64,000 nt of DNA, taken from the NCBI GenBank assembly GCA_963737635.1, contig CAVTTL010000001.1:1632001-1696000 (forward strand). The letters are read 5' to 3'. This document shows positions 1 to 9,544 of this stretch, piece by piece; position 1 is the stretch's first letter; the number at the start of each line of letters is the position of its first letter. The position numbers and the translations under genes were made by a program. The DNA comes from an uncultured Methanoregulaceae archaeon. GTDB taxonomy: Archaea > Halobacteriota > Methanomicrobia > Methanomicrobiales > Methanospirillaceae. The notes beneath the pieces are model-generated. The model was given only the letters and a program-made list of their open reading frames with translations. It had not been told where the DNA came from and did no database searches.

Positions 1-10
1 CTGGGTACAC

Positions 11-673
11 GTGACCAAACTCGATCCTGACAAACAACTCAGGCCCGGTGACATCGACGCCATTGCGACAAGCGGTACCGATGCCCTTATGCTCTCGGGT
101 ACCCTGAACGTGACCAAAGAGAACCTGCTGTGCCTCCAGAAGCAGATCGCCATGTATGATCTTCCGCTGGTGATGGAGCCTGCAGGCCCCGAGGCCGTGC
201 TCTTCGACGGTATAGAATATGTCTTTGTGCCAAGCGTGATGAACACCACCGACGTGCAGTGGATTGTCGGCAAACACCGGTTCTGGGTCCAGCAGCAGGA
301 CGGCAGCATACCGTGGGACGTCGTGGTCCCGGAGGCGTATATTGTCCTCAACCCCGACTCTTCGGTAGGCCGGGTGACAAAAGCCCTCTGCGATCTTACC
401 CCTGCCGAGGTTGCTGCGTATACCGCGGTCGCCGACCGGTACTTCCATTTCCCGATCGTGTATATCGAATATTCGGGGACGTATGGCGATCCCGCCGTGC
501 TAAAAGCTGCATCCGAGGCTGTCGACTGCTCGATCCTCTATTATGGCGGGGGGATCAATTCGGCAGAAAAGGCGGCTGAGATGGGGAAGTATGCCGATAC
601 GATCGTGGTAGGAAACGCGGTGTACGACCAGGGCGCTGCCGTTCTCAAAGCGACGGTGGACGCCGTCCAGTAA
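11..673 (+). CDS. geranylgeranylglyceryl phosphate synthase (PcrB/GGGPS family), 5' end may lie outside window
   Basis: TKLDPDK, SGT, YIEYSG, YGGGI and VVGN motifs typical of group I GGGPS. Confidence 0.9.
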   Translation: MTKLDPDKQLRPGDIDAIATSGTDALMLSGTLNVTKENLLCLQKQIAMYDLPLVMEPAGPEAVLFDGIEYVFVPSVMNTTDVQWIVGKHRFWVQQQDGSIPWDVVVPEAYIVLNPDSSVGRVTKALCDLTPAEVAAYTAVADRYFHFPIVYIEYSGTYGDPAVLKAASEAVDCSILYYGGGINSAEKAAEMGKYADTIVVGNAVYDQGAAVLKATVDAVQ

Positions 674-681
674 CGTTTTTT

Positions 682-1463
682 ATGCCCGAGATCGACATCG
701 TGCTCGTGGCCCCTCTCTACGAAGGAAACGTAGGGTTTGCCGCCCGGGTGATGAAGAATTTCGGGTTTACCCGGATGGTGCTTGTCGACCCCTGCACGCT
801 TGGGGAAGAGGCCAAAGGCAGGGCCTCCCATGCGCAGGACGTTTTAAAACATGCCGAGATCTGCACCATCGAGGATGTATTTTCCCGGAGCAGCATCGTG
901 GTCGCCACGACCGGGCAGGTGAGCAAATCGGTCTGTACGCCGATGCGGATGCCGTTTTATTCGCCTCGCGAGCTGCGCGAGCGCATCGGCACGCTGGAGG
1001 GAAGAGTGTCGATCCTTTTTGGCCGGGAGAACTGGGGGCTCAATAACGACGAAGTGAAACGCAGCGATATGATCTGTACCATCCCGACCGCGCCGGATTA
1101 CCCGATCATGAACCTCTCCCATGCAGTCGGCATTGTCTGCTACGAGCTGCAAACCTTCCCCCCGCCGAGTACCGGCTCGCTTCTCCCTCTGAATTGGGAC
1201 ACCTGTACCGGCACCTTGACCGGTTCCTGGACTCCGTGCACCACCCGCCGTTCAAGCGCGAGAACACGATGATCATGATCCGCCGTATTCTCGGGAGGGC
1301 CGGCCTGACGACCCGGGAGGCAAGCACGGTCCACGGCCTGCTGCGCCGGACCGAGTGGCATGTCGATCCCGATGCGCTTGACCGGGAAAAAGAGGCGCAG
1401 CGGAAGCACAAGAACCAGCACCACGAGCTGGATCACCCGGATTCTGATACCGGGGAACTATAG
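682..1463 (+). CDS. trmJ: tRNA 2'-O-methyltransferase TrmJ/SpoU family, frameshift near 1150
   Basis: GNVGFAARVMKNFG, FGRENWGL, MNLSHAV in ORF 682-1272; C-terminus (RRILGRAGLTTREASTVHG) continues in ORF 1194-1463. Confidence 0.85.
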
Positions 1464-1559
1464 GTAGGTTAAAACCGGTTTCTTGTTGTATTGCAAACGG
1501 TGAAACTCTTTTTGGAAAATTCCGGTGTTTATATAGCCATCCGCGAATATCTGGCATTC

Positions 1560-1946
1560 ATGCCAAACATTGCGTATTTCGAAATCCCTGCAAACGACGT
1601 TGAGCGCGCAAAACACTTCTACCATTCACTGCTTGGATGGAAGATCGAACCGACCAGGAACCCTATGGATCCGGCGATGAAAGAATCGATGCAGTACCAG
1701 GATATCGTCACCGGGAAAGAGGAGAAGGGCACGCTCACGATGGGCGGGTTGTACAAACGGCAGATGTCTGAGAATATCATCAATTACGTACTGGTCGACG
1801 ACGTAGACAAGGTACTTACCAAGGTAGAAAAACTCGGCGGTATGGTGATCGTTCCCAAAAAAGAGATCAAGACGGTCGGGGATGTTGCCATTATCCTGGA
1901 CACTGAGGGAAATGCTATCGGTCTCTGGAAAGCTGCAGCAATGTAA
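1560..1946 (+). CDS. VOC/glyoxalase family protein
   Basis: YFEIPANDVERAKHFY...LGW and DTEGNAIGLW; start moved to ATG 1560. Confidence 0.85.
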   Translation: MPNIAYFEIPANDVERAKHFYHSLLGWKIEPTRNPMDPAMKESMQYQDIVTGKEEKGTLTMGGLYKRQMSENIINYVLVDDVDKVLTKVEKLGGMVIVPKKEIKTVGDVAIILDTEGNAIGLWKAAAM

Positions 1947-2067
1947 CGTGAAAAAATTCAAAAAACCAATTAAAAATTCATTAAACCTGTTTAATTGCCA
2001 TTTTTTTAAAAGAGGAATGTTTATTTACTATAAGTAGAACCTATTAATCAGGAGTGGGGCGATAACC

Positions 2068-2949
2068 CTGGTAAATCAAGAACAGGTTGATAATATCCTT
2101 AATGGGACATCCGGTGACGATTCCGGGGCCAAGCTCAAGAGCCTGGAGCAGGAAGTCGACCTTATAAAAACATCCATCAAGCGGCTCCTGATGGATCTCC
2201 GGGAACGGATGAATGGTCTCGAAAATTCGTTTTCCCTGGCCGGTTCAGGCATGGCAGGGGACCCGGCATTCAACGCGGCGGATATCGAAGAAGCCCGAAG
2301 ATCTGCACTGGAAGCGAAGGAAGCGGCTCTTGATGCGAAGGAATCGCAGATGGAGGCAATGAATGCAAAAGCGGATGCGGAAACCCGGACTGACGCTCTC
2401 AACGATCAGCCCGAACCTGAAGCCCTTCCTGTCGACGAAAATAAGAAAGTCATTGACGAGCAGATGCTTGCACGGCTGAAATCCCAGATTGCCAGTGCAC
2501 AAGCGGCGGGATCCTTGTCAAACAGTCATGCAGCCGAGAAACTAAGGCTCCATAAGGTCTACCACCTCTACGGATGGACCCACGAATCGGTCAGGAAATT
2601 CGGTCACGACCGGCTGGAGATTATGCTCGAATCCTACCGGACGATGGGTTATATATCCCAATCATCTGTTGACGAAATACGGGTGATAGCGCGTCTGATG
2701 CCGGGGAACCTCGGTGAAGAAAACGAACTGGGTCCTGACGAATTCGTATCGGTACTGTATGCCCTCAACCGGATACTGGCGCCAAACGATGTTTCCCTTG
2801 ACCGCGATATGATCGAGGTCATGATGGAGCATCGCCAGAAGAAGACCGATCGTAACGATCTCCCCGATTTCTCTTTTGGCGAGATACAAAAGTCATCGCA
2901 GGGTAAATCGAAAGCCGATGAATGGATGAACCCCCTGGATAGGATATGA
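2068..2949 (+). CDS. archaellum accessory FlaD/E-like protein, start uncertain
   Basis: Coiled-coil EVDLIKTSIKRLLMDLRERMN..EN, C-terminal W...KFG..LE..LESY..MGYI domain; directly upstream of flaH; frame open back to the stop at 2035. Confidence 0.6.
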   Translation: MVNQEQVDNILNGTSGDDSGAKLKSLEQEVDLIKTSIKRLLMDLRERMNGLENSFSLAGSGMAGDPAFNAADIEEARRSALEAKEAALDAKESQMEAMNAKADAETRTDALNDQPEPEALPVDENKKVIDEQMLARLKSQIASAQAAGSLSNSHAAEKLRLHKVYHLYGWTHESVRKFGHDRLEIMLESYRTMGYISQSSVDEIRVIARLMPGNLGEENELGPDEFVSVLYALNRILAPNDVSLDRDMIEVMMEHRQKKTDRNDLPDFSFGEIQKSSQGKSKADEWMNPLDRI

Positions 2950-2988
2950 TCTATGGTTGCCGTGAGCTGTAACGTATAGATCCGGCAG

Positions 2989-3729
2989 GTGGTTCACATG
3001 GCAATGATGAGTGATCTGATGGGAGGCGAGGACAAGGATATCCTCTCCACCGGTAACAGCGAACTTGACAAGAAAATAGCAGACGGTCTTCCGCTGGGGT
3101 CGTTGACCCTTATCGAGGGGGAGAACGATACCGGCAAAAGCGTGCTCACCCAGCAGATCATCTGGGGGGCCATGAAACAGGGTATGTCTGTTGACCTGTT
3201 TACCACGGAAAACACCAGCAAGAGTTTTCTCAAGCAGATGGAGTCTATGAGCCTTGACATCTCGGATTATTTTGCCTGGGGCTATCTCAAGGTCTTCCCC
3301 CTTCATGTCGTCGGTTTTGAATGGAAAAAGGAGGAGATGGAAGGTATCCTGGCAAAGCTGATTCACCATATCCGGAACAGCAAATCCCAGGTTGCTATTA
3401 TCGACTCACTGACACTTTTTACGGAATATGCAGAGTCCGACTCCATTCTGACGTTCTTCACGAACTGCAAATCCCTTGTGGATAACGGTAAAACGGTCCT
3501 CGTTACCCTCCACACGTATGCCTTTGAGGAAGATACGCTTATCCGGATCCGGTCCATCTGCGATGCCCATCTCAACATGAAAAAATCCCTTGTCGGTGAC
3601 AAATATCTGATGGTCATGGAAGTGGTAAAAGTCCGTGGCGCCCGGAAGACGACCGGAAACCTCGTCAGCTTCGAAGTCCATCCGGGCTACGGTATGAAGA
3701 TCATTCCGATGAGTTTTGCGCGGATCTGA
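2989..3729 (+). CDS. flaH: archaellum ATPase FlaH (ArlH)
   Basis: Walker A GENDTGKS, IIDSLT, RIRSICDAHL, KVRGA, FEVHPGYG. Confidence 0.92.
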   Translation: MVHMAMMSDLMGGEDKDILSTGNSELDKKIADGLPLGSLTLIEGENDTGKSVLTQQIIWGAMKQGMSVDLFTTENTSKSFLKQMESMSLDISDYFAWGYLKVFPLHVVGFEWKKEEMEGILAKLIHHIRNSKSQVAIIDSLTLFTEYAESDSILTFFTNCKSLVDNGKTVLVTLHTYAFEEDTLIRIRSICDAHLNMKKSLVGDKYLMVMEVVKVRGARKTTGNLVSFEVHPGYGMKIIPMSFARI

Positions 3730-3818
3730 ACAGCTCTCCCTTCCTTTTTCCAGTAATCTTCTCAAAACCCGGGGCTGGTCAATCCCGACAAAACGGGCGG
3801 AAGCACGATGTGGTCCTC

Positions 3819-4649
3819 TTACTTGAGATCGTCTAAGATATTCTGATACGCATTAGCCTGGGCCATCGAGGCACTCATAATTTTAGCCGTAATGGGCACG
3901 GTGAGGGCAGGATTGATCAGCATCGCCCGGTCATAACACTGGATCGCTTCTTTGTAACTGTCCGTATCCTGGATTGAATTGCCTGACTGGTCAGAACCGG
4001 AAGAGGAATAGTTGCCAAGGTTCTGGGCCTGATCCTTAAGGTTCTGCAGCTGGGCCATGGAAGAGAGCATCAACGTGTCTCCTTTCATGACCAGCGTATT
4101 TGCATCATTGGGGTTTTGTGCCAATACCTGATCGTAGTATGTCACCGCGTCACTGTAGTCTCCCTGGCTGGTGAGGATTAGGCCCTTTCTCTGGAGGGCG
4201 ACAGTGTCGTTATTATTGGCGGCAAGAACCGTATCAAAAACCTGGTTAGCTGCGTCGGTCTGCCCGTTTCGGATATCGGTATCCCCTATTCTTTTCAGGA
4301 TATCCGGATCATTGGGGACATCTGCATTTGCCCGTTCATACCAGTACAGTGATAATCCGGACTGGTTCGATGAGGTAAGTACATCCCCGATTGCCACACT
4401 TGCTTTGGCGTCATACCGGCTGAAATTCGTGACCGGATCGGATGCACGGTCATACCAGGTACCGGTACCACGTCGGTTGACCGATGATGGGGAGCACATC
4501 GCTGATCGTCGCATCACCCTGAACATCACGAGGTACGGCATGAGCGATCGGATCATAGACGAAAGGAAGAATAAACCAGCCAATGAAAAGAACGAGAGCG
4601 ATAAGAACGAGAATCCACTTGATCTGCATATCCTAAAACGTCTCTTCAT
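3819..4649 (-). CDS. membrane-anchored TPR protein
   Basis: Hydrophobic N-terminus and TPR-like helices (KGLILTSQGDYSDAVTYYDQVLAQNP, EAIQCYDRA). Confidence 0.7.
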   Translation of the reverse strand: MKRRFRICRSSGFSFLSLSFFSLAGLFFLSSMIRSLMPYLVMFRVMRRSAMCSPSSVNRRGTGTWYDRASDPVTNFSRYDAKASVAIGDVLTSSNQSGLSLYWYERANADVPNDPDILKRIGDTDIRNGQTDAANQVFDTVLAANNNDTVALQRKGLILTSQGDYSDAVTYYDQVLAQNPNDANTLVMKGDTLMLSSMAQLQNLKDQAQNLGNYSSSGSDQSGNSIQDTDSYKEAIQCYDRAMLINPALTVPITAKIMSASMAQANAYQNILDDLK

Positions 4650-4764
4650 CCGGGCTAAAATATGCTTTGACTCATTGGTTTGTCAAACATATGTCAATTG
4701 TCTACAAGGTTATTTACTAAAACTTTTTTACTTATATTGTCCAATATGCAATGGGTGTTAACTT

Positions 4765-5286
4765 ATGGGTCTGAACAACATCGACACCAAACAGGTAGTG
4801 GATTATAAAAAGGAGATCCAGAAAAAGCCGGCTGATGCACAATTCACGGCAAAGATCGAGGGAGACTGGCTCTTTGAGGAAGGGGGACCTCAGTTCCGGT
4901 CTGTCGTCAAAGTCAAGGATGGCACCTACGCTATGGAAGCAAGCCACCCGAACTTCGCCGGCCCCGGTGTACGCCCCGGGCCGATGGCGTTTGGGCTCTT
5001 CTGGTTTGCTGCCTGTTACTCGAGCACCTTTGTTACTGAAGCCGCACTGCGCAACATCCGGCTCACTTCGGTCAAGACCCGGGTCGAGGCGGATCTCGAT
5101 TACACCGCCCAGTTTGATCTCGGTAAGACTCCCCTTGTCAACGAGTTCCGGGTCTTCCTCGACGTTCAAGGCGACCTGACCGATGCGCAGGCGCAAGACC
5201 TCAAGGAGTATTCCCTGGGGCATTGCATGGGCATGTTCACCATCCGGAATGCAGTCAGGCTCAAAGCAGAAGTCAGGAAAAGGTAA
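4765..5286 (+). CDS. OsmC/Ohr family protein
   Basis: G.G..PGPM...AACY and a second Cys (HCM), as in the OsmC fold. Confidence 0.8.
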   Translation: MGLNNIDTKQVVDYKKEIQKKPADAQFTAKIEGDWLFEEGGPQFRSVVKVKDGTYAMEASHPNFAGPGVRPGPMAFGLFWFAACYSSTFVTEAALRNIRLTSVKTRVEADLDYTAQFDLGKTPLVNEFRVFLDVQGDLTDAQAQDLKEYSLGHCMGMFTIRNAVRLKAEVRKR

Positions 5287-5314
5287 CGATAGTAGATAAG
5301 GTGGGTTTCAAATT

Positions 5315-6595
5315 ATGTCAGATTACACAACAATGTGGGAGTCACTGGGTCTTGATCTGAAGAACCATGACGCACTTCTCGCGGTTCTCGGAAAAACCTA
5401 TACGGACGTCTTCCTCTCACAAAAGAACCGCCCCGAGGGGATGAAGTACTTCGATTTTGTCATGAGCGAAGTCCATGGACTCCGTATCAAGGAGATTATG
5501 GATGCCAAAGAACAGGGACGCGTGGTGATCGGTTCGTACTGCGTTTTTGTCCCGGAAGAGCTGGTCCTTGCGGTTGACGGTGTAGCGGTCGGCTTATGCG
5601 CCGGCGCAGAGTTCAATTTCGAAGGCGCCGAAACGCTTCTACCAAGGAACACCTGCTCGCTTATCAAATCCGCTTTCGGGTTCAAGCTCGGGAAAGTATG
5701 CCCCTACCTGGAGTCCTGCAACGTTGTCGTGGGAGAGAATACCTGCGACGGTAAGAAAAAAGCCTATGAGATACTGGGTCCGCTCGTCAATGACCTGTAC
5801 ATCATGGATCTCCCCCAGACAAAATCCGGTATGGGGAAAGCCTTACTCAAGGAGGAATACCGCAAGTTCATCGCCAAACTGGAAGAAGTAAGCGGAAAGA
5901 AGATAACTGTTGCATCGCTGAAAAAGGCGGTTGAACTTGTCAATGCAAAACGAAAGGCAGTCAAGAGACTTGCTGCGCTTCGCGCTGCCGATCCGGCGCC
6001 GATATCGGGACTTGACTCCCTGCTGGTAAACCAGGTCTTTTTCCATGACGACCCGGTGCGGTTTACCGACTCGGTCAACAAACTCTGTGACGAGCTGGAG
6101 CTCCGGGTGAAAAACCACACCGGCGTGTTTCCTAAGGGCACAACCCGTGTCGTGGTTTCAGGATGCCCCATGGCCGTCCCGAACTGGAAACTGCCTCTGC
6201 TTATCGAAACAAGCAATGCGGTGATCGTCGGCGAGGAGTCATGCGTGGGAGAACGGGGCACCCGGTGGCTGACGGAAGTAAAGGGGAATACGGTGGAAGA
6301 ACTTCTTGATGCCATCACTGACCGGTATTTCAATATCGACTGCGCCGTATTTACGCCGAACCCGTCACGGGTCGACTACGTAAAAGAGATGACCAAAAAA
6401 CTCCACGCACAGGGGGTCATCCACTACAGCCTGCAGTTCTGCCAGCCCTATATCATGGAGAGCGGTCCGGTGGAAAAGGAGCTGGAAACGTCAGGGATAC
6501 CGACCCTGCGCCTGGAAACCGATTACAGCCAGGAAGATGCCGGGCAGCTCAAGACAAGGATTGAAGCATTCGTCGAGCGCCTGAAGAAAAAATGA
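5315..6595 (+). CDS. double-cubane cluster protein (2-hydroxyacyl-CoA dehydratase HgdB/FldC family)
   Basis: Cys motifs YCVF, GLCAG, NTCS, CPY, NTCDGKKK, GCP, ESCVG, DCAVF, QFCQ; ETDYS..D.GQLKTRIEAF. Confidence 0.85.
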   Translation: MSDYTTMWESLGLDLKNHDALLAVLGKTYTDVFLSQKNRPEGMKYFDFVMSEVHGLRIKEIMDAKEQGRVVIGSYCVFVPEELVLAVDGVAVGLCAGAEFNFEGAETLLPRNTCSLIKSAFGFKLGKVCPYLESCNVVVGENTCDGKKKAYEILGPLVNDLYIMDLPQTKSGMGKALLKEEYRKFIAKLEEVSGKKITVASLKKAVELVNAKRKAVKRLAALRAADPAPISGLDSLLVNQVFFHDDPVRFTDSVNKLCDELELRVKNHTGVFPKGTTRVVVSGCPMAVPNWKLPLLIETSNAVIVGEESCVGERGTRWLTEVKGNTVEELLDAITDRYFNIDCAVFTPNPSRVDYVKEMTKKLHAQGVIHYSLQFCQPYIMESGPVEKELETSGIPTLRLETDYSQEDAGQLKTRIEAFVERLKKK

Positions 6596-7344
6596 GATAC
6601 GCCGGTATTGACCTCGGATCGCGTACGATCAAGCTTGCCGTGCTGGAAAACGGCAACCTCGTTTTTTCCCGCAAGGTTGTTACCTCTCACGATCCCCTTC
6701 TGACGGCGCGGGACCTTATGGCAGGCGCGGCGTTTGACCGCATCACCGCGACCGGCTACGGGCGGCACCTGATCAAAGGGCATCTTACCTGTCCGGTGAT
6801 CAGCGAGATATCGGCCTTTGTCCTTGGCGCCCGTTTTTTTTCGACTGACTGCGATGCCATTCTCGATATCGGCGGCCAAGACACCAAGGCAATTTCCCTG
6901 GACGACCACGGCAATTTATGCAAATTCGAGATGAACGACCGGTGTGCCGCAGGGACCGGCCGGTTTCTTGAGGTCATGGCGACCGTGCTCGGTTTTACGC
7001 TGGAAGAATTCTCGGCGGCGGCTCTCTCTGCCAAACGAGCAGAAAAGATCAACAGTATGTGCACCGTGTTTGCGGAATCTGAGATTGTCTCTCTCATTTC
7101 CCAAGGGGCGGACCGGAATGACGTTGCGCTCGGTATCCACAAAGCCATTGTAAGCCGTTCAGCGGGGCTCCTCAAACGGGTTGCACCAACGGGAAAGATA
7201 TTTTTTGCCGGTGGTGTTGCGTTGAACGACTGCGTGAGATGTCTTCTCGAAAAAGAGATGGGTATGCCGGTTTTTGTACCGCCCGATCCGCAAATGGTCG
7301 GTGCGATTGGCGCCGCGTTGAGCGCATCAGAAGACAAACGGTAG
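6592..7344 (+). CDS. ASKHA-type ATP-dependent activase (HgdC/BadF family)
   Basis: GIDLGSRTIK, TGYGR, DIGGQDTK, MNDRCAAGTGRFLE, CTVFAESE; ATGA overlap with the upstream gene. Confidence 0.9.
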   Translation: MRYAGIDLGSRTIKLAVLENGNLVFSRKVVTSHDPLLTARDLMAGAAFDRITATGYGRHLIKGHLTCPVISEISAFVLGARFFSTDCDAILDIGGQDTKAISLDDHGNLCKFEMNDRCAAGTGRFLEVMATVLGFTLEEFSAAALSAKRAEKINSMCTVFAESEIVSLISQGADRNDVALGIHKAIVSRSAGLLKRVAPTGKIFFAGGVALNDCVRCLLEKEMGMPVFVPPDPQMVGAIGAALSASEDKR

Positions 7345-7388
7345 TTGAACAAATGAGAAACAAATAAAATTTTTTTTAGAAAACAGGC

Positions 7389-7679
7389 TCAATAATATCC
7401 GTATTTTTTATGAGCCTGTTCAATCGAAAGAATTTCTTGGACAATTACTCGTTTTTCTTCTTTATCGATATCATAGTACACCGTGTAACTTCGGGAAATG
7501 TGAAGACGGTAGATAACAACACCCCCCTTTAAAACCATTTTTTCCTTATCCCCACGTGTCCCCGGATAAGGCTCCTGTTCCAGTCTATCCAGTGCGGTTT
7601 TGATGATCCGACGTGTTTTGTCTGGCAGACGGTTTATATCGTCAGATAGTCCCTGCCAGAGGATCAGTTTAAAGGTCAA
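7389..7679 (-). CDS. RelE/ParE family toxin
   Basis: 96 aa, basic, YRLHISRSYTVYYDID; overlaps the antitoxin stop. Confidence 0.8.
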   Translation of the reverse strand: MTFKLILWQGLSDDINRLPDKTRRIIKTALDRLEQEPYPGTRGDKEKMVLKGGVVIYRLHISRSYTVYYDIDKEEKRVIVQEILSIEQAHKKYGYY

Positions 7680-7882
7680 TCCTTAATCTCCGAAAGAGGG
7701 ACATATTCGTCAGCCTTGCGGCTGTGCCACATCTTAACATCTTCTTCAAGTCGCCTCTTTTTACGCTCCTCGATCATATCTGCGAGGAGCTCCGCATAGG
7801 TCTGACCTGCCGATCGCATCTCTGAAAGCTCCTTCCACACCGGTTCAGTAACCGGTATCCGCTTTACCGCTTGCATGATCAT
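7676..7882 (-). CDS. antitoxin partner of RelE
   Basis: 68 aa, KRIPVTE.VW.EL..M...GQTY.ELL and C-terminal EYVPLSEI. Confidence 0.75.
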   Translation of the reverse strand: MIMQAVKRIPVTEPVWKELSEMRSAGQTYAELLADMIEERKKRRLEEDVKMWHSRKADEYVPLSEIKD

Positions 7883-7952
7883 ATTGTAAGTGCTGTAAAT
7901 ATGAATAATTAATGGTCTGTTTGTACCTGCGCCTGCTTAATAGCCTTCAGCC

Positions 7953-9194
7953 TTAAAAGAACAATACTCTCTGGTGGTTCGCAACAATACCTGTTGGTGG
8001 GTAGAAGAGAAGGTTTCCGAGATCTGCAATACCGATGGGGATGACACCGGTCAGTTTCGGATTTTTACGTATGTTCCTCGCGGCAAGGGATGGGGTGAAT
8101 GCGAAAAACTGGAGGTTTTCGCTGCCTGATGCAGCGTCTATGGCTGCCTGCAGGTTGAACCATTCCGGCGTGTTGTTGCCCGTCTGCACCCCGGAAAGGA
8201 CATACACGCCGTCTTCAATGAAGATAACGCGGGTCTGGATCTCCTTTGCTGCACACGCGATGGCAAATGCAAGGGCGCCGGACGTATATTCCGATCCATA
8301 CGGGTGCCGGGTGACAAGAATAGTCACCGGAGGGACACGCCACTTCTCATCAAAACCAAGCGTAGGCCGTATAGTCTCTTTTTTCACGGAGATAATGGCA
8401 CAATTCTCAGAAAGGATGATATGGTTGCTCCGGAACTGTGATGCAATATCCTTTAATTCCCGGATCTTCACCGGCCTGATAGTACACGCCGGAACAAGTC
8501 CCCCTTTCCCGTCGCTGGCGCAGTATCCCCGTTTTGCTGCGCACCGGGCACTGGCGGTAATCTGGCCGTGAAGGCCCCGTTTTCCTGCTTTGTCCTCAAG
8601 GTTTTTCAGTTCATCGCCGATATTTTCTGCATCCAGTGGGTTCTGGCCCTGGTGCCCGATATGGATCCCGTCAAGGTAACAGTAGAGATCCCACGAGGTG
8701 TGGGATTCAAGCGCTGCATCCAGGCAATGAAGCAGGATTTCAGATGAACGGTTCATATACGGGGAGGCCATATGGAGATACCCGATGGTGCTTGGGATCG
8801 GCTGTTCATGCTGGCGGGCATATTTCATGACGTCTTTCCAGAATGACGGCTTCCCGTTGAGTGCGAGACTGTTATGGGTGATCACCAGGTCGGGATTTTT
8901 CATCTTCAGGCGTTCGGCCGTAATGCCCCGGAGCGCGAGTTCTTCCTGATCGCAGACAATTTTTATCGAAGGCAGGGAAAGGAAATTTTCCCATATTTCG
9001 ATCATCTGCGGGTTCTGGAGACTATACAAGGCGTCACCAGTCAGAAAAAAGACAAATGCCGCGTCGCGTTCCTTGCTGGTATGGAGGAAACTCTGGGGGT
9101 TAAGGTTTAAAAAATAAAATTTCAGCAGTTCTTCTAGCCAGCCAAGCCGCTCCGGGGTAAGAGAGTCCCTCAAAAGAAAAAAATGTGCGGTCAT
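7953..9194 (-). CDS. multidomain DsrE/F/H-like sulfur relay protein
   Basis: FLTGDALYSL, SPY, YLDG, CAAKRG, HPYGSE, FIEDGVY motifs. Confidence 0.7.
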   Translation of the reverse strand: MTAHFFLLRDSLTPERLGWLEELLKFYFLNLNPQSFLHTSKERDAAFVFFLTGDALYSLQNPQMIEIWENFLSLPSIKIVCDQEELALRGITAERLKMKNPDLVITHNSLALNGKPSFWKDVMKYARQHEQPIPSTIGYLHMASPYMNRSSEILLHCLDAALESHTSWDLYCYLDGIHIGHQGQNPLDAENIGDELKNLEDKAGKRGLHGQITASARCAAKRGYCASDGKGGLVPACTIRPVKIRELKDIASQFRSNHIILSENCAIISVKKETIRPTLGFDEKWRVPPVTILVTRHPYGSEYTSGALAFAIACAAKEIQTRVIFIEDGVYVLSGVQTGNNTPEWFNLQAAIDAASGSENLQFFAFTPSLAARNIRKNPKLTGVIPIGIADLGNLLFYPPTGIVANHQRVLFF

Positions 9195-9544
9195 GCAGGG
9201 ATACTGATGATTTGACTATATCGGCATATATCTATTATGATATCCCGACCATTTTTATTGATCATTCTCAGTATTACTGGGTAATTTGGCCGAAATTTCT
9301 CTTACCTCCTTTCCCAACCTCCATAGTCACTGAGGTTCTGATATATTTGTGATTGAGGGGGGGATTTTTTTGGAGAAGAAAAATCAGAGAGTAACCGTCA
9401 ATGTACCAGCATCTGCCAATGTATCAGAACCCCTCTGCCGTACCAAAAACAGAATATTTATTTTCTCTGAACTGAACCATTACATCATCTGAACAGGCGG
9501 AATCTTTACGCGGACATCGTCCTGCGTGTCAATCCAGAACTCCC

